Virus record (IMG/VR): IMGVR_UViG_3300041411_000074
Coordinates: 25,365 to 89,364 of that record
Source: a virus
Strand: one strand, 5' to 3'
Length of the DNA: 64,000 nt
Positions 59,060-64,000 of the stretch are shown here, piece by piece. A program made the position numbers and the translations under genes. Under the pieces are notes generated by a model. That model made no database searches. It had not been told where the DNA came from and was given only the letters and a program-made list of their open reading frames with translations. The first letter of the stretch is position 1; each line of letters begins with the position of its first letter.

Positions 59060-59124
59060 AGAGCCCCCTAAATAAAATGATTTAGCATCATATCACCTAA
59101 AAGGCTCTTCGTAAAGCTAAATCG

Positions 59125-60408
59125 TCATACGCTGAGGTAAAATTGGATTGCAACACTGCGAATTGCACCTTGCAAACGAGCCCGAATAACAAATACACCA
59201 GCAGCACGTTGCGCACGAAGAGTTGCAGGGATCGACAATACTGGAGGCGTTTGCACGGTCCAGCCAGAATCAATCATGCCGTTGCTTTCAGCCAAGGACA
59301 GTACAGAACGAATTTCATTCTCTACAATCAGAAGGCCGGGATCAGTCATTGGAATTTTAAGGCTGTTAATGATGCGGAAATAGATACCTTCCTGAAGTCG
59401 AGCTTTAAGCCAGTCCTTAGAAATTTGAATATCAATTGGCTTGGCATCAAACATGTTACCGTCTTGGAAGACATCAACACCACCTTTACGGCGGAAGAAG
59501 TTCCAGGATTTAGCACGCAAGTTGACAATCTGAGTCGAGCTAAGGATGCTACGAGTAACGCCTACAGCACGCTTAAAGTCCCAGTCGTTAGAGCCCGGAG
59601 TTACAGCCAACTGACTGCCAGACCAAGCAAGCTCAGGGAATTCAGTTGCAGCAGTTGCAGACCATACGCCAAAGGTACGACCAGCAGATTTAGCATTAAG
59701 TTTGTAGCCAATATCTGTAATACCGGTGGTAGGTGCAACAACGTCAGCAGAGGACAGACCGTAGATCTTATCCATTGCTTGAATGGTATCGGACAGAGCT
59801 TCTTGTTCAGCAACTACTTGAGTTTCAGCAGTCAGTTCATACCAGATGTCATTATCAGCATCAACGGCAAGAAGAGCAGCAGGCCAAGTTTCAGTGGCTG
59901 TGTTTACACCAACGAGGTTTACCGAAGTCAGAACACTCCAAGCTGTACCGGGTACAGTGGCTGCCAGAGTCAGGGTAGTTGTGCCGCCGACTGTAATACC
60001 AGTTGGTGTACCAATAGCAGCTTTCAGACCAGTTACGATAGTAGTGGCTGTAGCACCAACACCTGATGTGAAAGTATAAGGGGTGCCATTAAGAGTAACA
60101 GTATAAGCAGTGCTATCAGCAACGGTTGGTGTAAATACTACACTATCTACTTGACGACGACCAACAACGATAGATGGAGGTGGGGCACCAATTACAGAAT
60201 CTTGGCCAAATGCCTTGCTAGCCATAATGTAAACATTACTAGTAGTAGCGAAATCACCACCAACTTCAGTAATATTTAGGTAGGTACGTGCACGTTCAGC
60301 AAAATTAGTAAACGTAGCAAGGATAAGGGGAATTGCGAAGCTAGTCGTAGCAATAGCAGTGGTCTGATCGGTAATAACAACCGAAACTACATCATCCAAA
60401 TCGGACAT
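59125..60408 (-). CDS. Tail sheath protein (DUF3383-like)
   Basis: PGS..W.FK..GV, ID....DWL..RLQE, KIP.TD.G. Confidence 0.9.
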   Translation of the reverse strand: MSDLDDVVSVVITDQTTAIATTSFAIPLILATFTNFAERARTYLNITEVGGDFATTSNVYIMASKAFGQDSVIGAPPPSIVVGRRQVDSVVFTPTVADSTAYTVTLNGTPYTFTSGVGATATTIVTGLKAAIGTPTGITVGGTTTLTLAATVPGTAWSVLTSVNLVGVNTATETWPAALLAVDADNDIWYELTAETQVVAEQEALSDTIQAMDKIYGLSSADVVAPTTGITDIGYKLNAKSAGRTFGVWSATAATEFPELAWSGSQLAVTPGSNDWDFKRAVGVTRSILSSTQIVNLRAKSWNFFRRKGGVDVFQDGNMFDAKPIDIQISKDWLKARLQEGIYFRIINSLKIPMTDPGLLIVENEIRSVLSLAESNGMIDSGWTVQTPPVLSIPATLRAQRAAGVFVIRARLQGAIRSVAIQFYLSV

Positions 60409-60440
60409 AGGTATTGTGATCCTTTGTTATGTAGCCTTTG

Positions 60441-60983
60441 CTACGGATAAATGATACTTTCTGGAATTTTTATAATTACTGGAATCTCTGAAGCCTCATC
60501 AGCAATGACTACGCCTTCAACAACGTCAACAAGTTGGTCAGTAATAGTGATGTAGTTAAATGTTACATCAAGATTATGATACTCAACCCATTTGGTATCT
60601 CTTTTCTGAGGTGCCCTACGAATCTGGCTTTTCCTCATCAACCCCAATTTATTTCTTTGTAACTCTAAACGAGTAAGGGGGTTGTTATTAATGTTCTGTG
60701 TGAAGCTTTGGGACATATCGCCACTCAAACTTCCAATAAAACTTAGTTGGCACATGACTTCATAAGCTACTTGAAACGTCAGTGTCTCGTTAGTGTTAGC
60801 TAAAGTAGAAGTACTGTGATGACCCTGTTGTTCAATATTCAATATATTTACAACAACATAACTCTCAGCAGGCTCGGTTCCGTTCGAATTACTGAAAATC
60901 ACGATAGGGTTTGTAAATTCTGATAGGGCTGATAGGGCACTTCTACGAATGGCAGCTCTAACGTCTGTGTAAATACCTGCCAT
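60441..60983 (-). CDS. Tail terminator/neck protein
   Basis: Synteny upstream of the sheath gene. Confidence 0.65.
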   Translation of the reverse strand: MAGIYTDVRAAIRRSALSALSEFTNPIVIFSNSNGTEPAESYVVVNILNIEQQGHHSTSTLANTNETLTFQVAYEVMCQLSFIGSLSGDMSQSFTQNINNNPLTRLELQRNKLGLMRKSQIRRAPQKRDTKWVEYHNLDVTFNYITITDQLVDVVEGVVIADEASEIPVIIKIPESIIYP

Positions 60984-61492
60984 CAGTTACTCCCTTTCTT
61001 TTCTACTTTAGCTGTTACGTTAGCAATCAATTCGCTGGAATCAACCAAAGGATTATCAAAACCCTTCATCTCAACAGTCAGTGGTGAGTTTCGTGGCGTA
61101 TCCCAATCAAGCATCACTTTACGAAGAGTCCTTTCAAAGTTACTTGTACTCTTCTGCATAGCTGTGAGGACAGACTTACCTGTAAGGACGGCTTGCACCA
61201 TATCCTTGAAATCATCCTTATTAGCGCCAGCTTTAAGAGCTCCCGGTAATCCTACTGACATGAAGGGTCGTGGGGGAGTAATAGCACCGGGAACTAAAGA
61301 GTTAGCCCCGTTGATGTGACCTTCATTGTTCCACTGAGCAACTTGAGCAAATGGAAGATTGTCATTATCAGAACCGTAATTCTGACCTTCAAACCAACCT
61401 AAGTTTACATTATAGATTTCAGCTTCTTTGAGATTCTTTTTAAGCTTCTCCCAGCCAGACTTATCAACCTTCAACTTAAAAGACATTTTCAC
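60983..61492 (-). CDS. Neck/tail completion protein
   Basis: A..N..G...PPRPFM, N.P.T...KG.D.PL.D. Confidence 0.75.
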   Translation of the reverse strand: MKMSFKLKVDKSGWEKLKKNLKEAEIYNVNLGWFEGQNYGSDNDNLPFAQVAQWNNEGHINGANSLVPGAITPPRPFMSVGLPGALKAGANKDDFKDMVQAVLTGKSVLTAMQKSTSNFERTLRKVMLDWDTPRNSPLTVEMKGFDNPLVDSSELIANVTAKVEKKGSN

Positions 61493-61497
61493 TATCC

Positions 61498-61872
61498 TTA
61501 GCTTGGGGTTAATTCAATTCTGGCTGCTTGAATTTTAACGTGCTCAAGAATTCCCATTCCGTTGGTCCAATCATCAACCTTCATAATCTTATAACGATCA
61601 TTCTTCCAAATGAACTCATCAGCATCCCAGCCTGAAGTTCCCTCTTTAAGAGTACGGGCATAATCAGCAGAGTAAAACTTAACCCACACCCTTGTCCTGT
61701 CAGCTTCGGGAAGCATCATGATTTCATAAGGCTTTAGTGGCTGGATATTTACTTGAAGAGGCACTTCAGTAACAGTGCCCTCAACCCAATCACCATCAAC
61801 AAATGAGCCAGATGTTTGTCTGTAGATTGTCAGAGGAATCTTATGCGTTAAAAGGAATTGTGGTTTTAACAT
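61498..61872 (-). CDS. Head closure protein
   Basis: G..VDG.WV, IQP....LPE.DR, AD...W....Y. Confidence 0.75.
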   Translation of the reverse strand: MLKPQFLLTHKIPLTIYRQTSGSFVDGDWVEGTVTEVPLQVNIQPLKPYEIMMLPEADRTRVWVKFYSADYARTLKEGTSGWDADEFIWKNDRYKIMKVDDWTNGMGILEHVKIQAARIELTPS

Positions 61873-61880
61873 ATCGACTC

Positions 61881-62309
61881 CTAATAAACAAAAGTATCAC
61901 CAGCAGCATGACAACTATCACATCCTGTTTCACAACAAACTGCTTCCCTGCAATTATCGCCATCACAAACTTCAATATTCATGAGCTTACTTGGGCAACT
62001 ATTAGCGGACCAAGGCATTAGCCCCATAGGAATCAATACTGTAGGATTATTAATGAAGTTACCAAGAGCTGCTAGATAGTTCTTAGCGTAGTCGTTCCAC
62101 ACTTCAATCTCACCAGTCCTCTCACGGGATGAATATCCGGAGATAGTAAAGGAGGCTGAAATTGCTGCCATCCGTGCAGCTTGATAAACATTCTGATTGT
62201 TTAGATCAAGAAACTGTTGAATTTCAATGTCACTAAATACCGGATAAAACGGATTGGAAATTGTATCGCCAATCAAAAGTCGAACTTGTTCTACGGGCGT
62301 TAAGGCCAT
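61881..62309 (-). CDS. Head-tail adaptor
   Basis: VRLLIGD....FSD.EI..FL. Confidence 0.75.
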   Translation of the reverse strand: MALTPVEQVRLLIGDTISNPFYPVFSDIEIQQFLDLNNQNVYQAARMAAISASFTISGYSSRERTGEIEVWNDYAKNYLAALGNFINNPTVLIPMGLMPWSANSCPSKLMNIEVCDGDNCREAVCCETGCDSCHAAGDTFVY

Positions 62310-62354
62310 AGCCACTCCTAGTAAATTAAGGAGGGCAGACAAGCTGCCCGAGTA

Positions 62355-62552
62355 TCAAGGAAAAATCTGTTCGTACTCTGGACTGTAACGAACATTGACA
62401 AGGTTGAAGTTATCAGGAGTATTATCCAGCGCCCACTGCTCAATTGTAGATTCATCAAACACACCTGCGCCAGGGCTGGATGAATGTTCAATAGTGAGGT
62501 TGATGTAGCCACCACTTCCGTTAGAGTAATCGATTAAAGCTCTAGATGCCAT
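62355..62552 (-). CDS. Hypothetical protein
   Basis: GAGG RBS, located in the head operon. Confidence 0.6.
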   Translation of the reverse strand: MASRALIDYSNGSGGYINLTIEHSSSPGAGVFDESTIEQWALDNTPDNFNLVNVRYSPEYEQIFP

Positions 62553-62566
62553 AAGAATTCCTCAAC

Positions 62567-62794
62567 TTAGCTTGCAGGCATAATACCGGCAGCAATCAAT
62601 TTAGTAAGCAGTGCATTATAAGCAGCAGTTGCAGCAGCAAGGTTTGCAAATTCAGCAGCTTGTGCAGTGAAAGTAATTTGTTTTACTTTACCAGCCAGTG
62701 CAGTTGTTGCAGCGGGAACCAGAGCGCCAGTTGCTACTTTTGCATCCATCTCTTGTGCAGCAAAGATCCAACCATTTTTAGTTGTTACAGCCAT
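62567..62794 (-). CDS. Head fibre-like small virion protein
   Basis: PAATT..AG.VKQ...YNALL.KL.AAG.M. Confidence 0.65.
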   Translation of the reverse strand: MAVTTKNGWIFAAQEMDAKVATGALVPAATTALAGKVKQITFTAQAAEFANLAAATAAYNALLTKLIAAGIMPAS

Positions 62795-62811
62795 ATTCTT
62801 TTACTCCGTCA

Positions 62812-62844
62812 ATAAGGGGAGGGGGCACTACGTCCCCATCTCCA
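62812..62844 (-). terminator. Hairpin/terminator after the capsid gene
   Basis: ggagatggggac-gta-gtgccccctcccc-ttatt. Confidence 0.55.
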
Positions 62845-62852
62845 TTTGATTC

Positions 62853-63920
62853 TTAAGTCAACGACAGACGCACGATAGCTTCTGGATTCAAGCAAGCGTT
62901 CAAGAAGTTCTGTTCAGTCATGATTTCGATCTGATCATCTTTCTCGTTCAGGTATTCGAAGAAATAGCTGCCCTGAGCACGACGGTTGATGCTGCCAAAA
63001 CGGTTAGCCGGAGCGTAGTAGGTTTTGAGGAAGTTACGGACACCAACAGGCATCATGTAAGCGTCACCTTCTGGGATGAACGGTACGAAAGTACCAGCAG
63101 CATTCTCATAACCAGCAGCGCCAGCATTGATAAAGGTCATACCAAATACGCTCATCATTTCAAAGCGAGCATCCAGACCCGGTACATCAACACCACCAGC
63201 ACCCAACAGGATACGGGTAGCTTGGCCTTGGTCAACATACTTGAATGCGTCAGTTACATAAGCATTCTGTTGAACAGCGTTGTAGTACGAATCAGAGCAC
63301 AGCACAACGAAAGAACGAACAGTACCGGCTTGACCATCACGCAGGGCGTTACGGGTTGCTTTCTTAGCATCGTTGAAGTCTGCACGAGGATCGGTAGCCG
63401 AGGACAGATCGGTAACAATCTCAATACGAGTAACACCAAATTCAGTGTAGAAGTTGGTAACTACAGTGGCGCGCGGTGCATACACAGTACCAGTGGTAAT
63501 CAACTGCATACGAGCAGCTTCTTTGGTCAGTGCGTGAGCTTCACGAACATCAATCATCTTGTCAGCACGAACCGATGCAACAGTTTCCAGTTCAGCAAAC
63601 TCTGCCAGCGAACCAGCCTGTACAATGCCATCGACATCGTTAGGGGTGATTGCATCATCCAGTGGGAAGTGAGGGATTTTCAGCAGCAGGGAATCTTGTT
63701 CACGACCAGCGATGGTCTGGTTACGTTCGTCCCAGTTGCGATCTTCCAGCAGGTGGGATTTACGGGTACTACGAGTAATCTCGATAGTCTTCTGGGTGGA
63801 GTATACATCTTCAAACAGACCCAGTGCATTGGTGATACCAACGGTGTTGGGAATTACAATCAGCGAGTCGGTGCGGTCAACAACTTTACCGAGGTTCTGA
63901 CGATCTAGTACAATAGCCAT
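62853..63920 (-). CDS. Major capsid protein (lambda gpE-like family)
   Basis: IPHF..DD.I.P.D..G, T.E..R.Q, YYAPA, P..IV; strong codon bias. Confidence 0.92.
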   Translation of the reverse strand: MAIVLDRQNLGKVVDRTDSLIVIPNTVGITNALGLFEDVYSTQKTIEITRSTRKSHLLEDRNWDERNQTIAGREQDSLLLKIPHFPLDDAITPNDVDGIVQAGSLAEFAELETVASVRADKMIDVREAHALTKEAARMQLITTGTVYAPRATVVTNFYTEFGVTRIEIVTDLSSATDPRADFNDAKKATRNALRDGQAGTVRSFVVLCSDSYYNAVQQNAYVTDAFKYVDQGQATRILLGAGGVDVPGLDARFEMMSVFGMTFINAGAAGYENAAGTFVPFIPEGDAYMMPVGVRNFLKTYYAPANRFGSINRRAQGSYFFEYLNEKDDQIEIMTEQNFLNACLNPEAIVRLSLT

Positions 63921-64000
63921 ATTATTTATATTTCCTTAGCTTGGAGAGTTTGTTTAAACAGTCGCTTAAACTGTTTTAAGTACTTGGATGCCTTGTTGTT

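Noticed and set aside
59143-60066. 307-aa + strand ORF
   Set aside because: Antisense shadow of the codon-biased sheath gene; no RBS and no protein-like motifs
63222-63908. 228-aa + strand ORF
   Set aside because: Antisense shadow of the major capsid gene
1-64000. tRNA genes, integrase/att sites, or a T7-like phage-specific promoter consensus
   Set aside because: None recognised by eye; tRNAscan and MEME runs would be needed to exclude them formally

Overview
This 64 kb window is part of the genome of a lytic, contractile-tailed dsDNA phage (about 40% GC by eye). Gene content and order resemble Pseudomonas-infecting myoviruses of the PAK_P1/phiPsa374 type; that assignment is inference. There are five blocks. 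(1) 1-3.1 kb: a short rightward cluster of small genes. (2) 3.14-3.85 kb: a ~700 bp gene-free convergence zone. (3) 3.85-23.3 kb: a leftward early/accessory region of many tiny ORFs driven by about 14 tandem sigma70-type promoters, also carrying denV and a 451-aa Pol A/T7-RNAP-fold protein. (4) 23.5-44.1 kb: a rightward replication and nucleotide-metabolism block (primase-helicase, DNA polymerase A, SSB, exonuclease, HNH, phosphoesterase, MazG, ThyX, NrdAB, glutaredoxin). (5) 44.1-64 kb: a leftward lysis, tail and head block ending at the major capsid protein. Nine free-standing homing-endonuclease-like genes are scattered throughout. I found no tRNA, CRISPR array, integrase or intron. The most interesting signals are: miniature orphan paralogues of the phage's own tail-tube and baseplate-wedge proteins encoded outside the late operon (candidate decoys or assembly inhibitors); a second, exonuclease-less polymerase with RNA-polymerase-like motifs; a 5 x 13-bp repeat between divergent promoters; a stand-alone GGQ release-factor domain; and terminator hairpins that overlap the -35 box of the next promoter. 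All functional calls come from motif recognition by eye; no searches were run.
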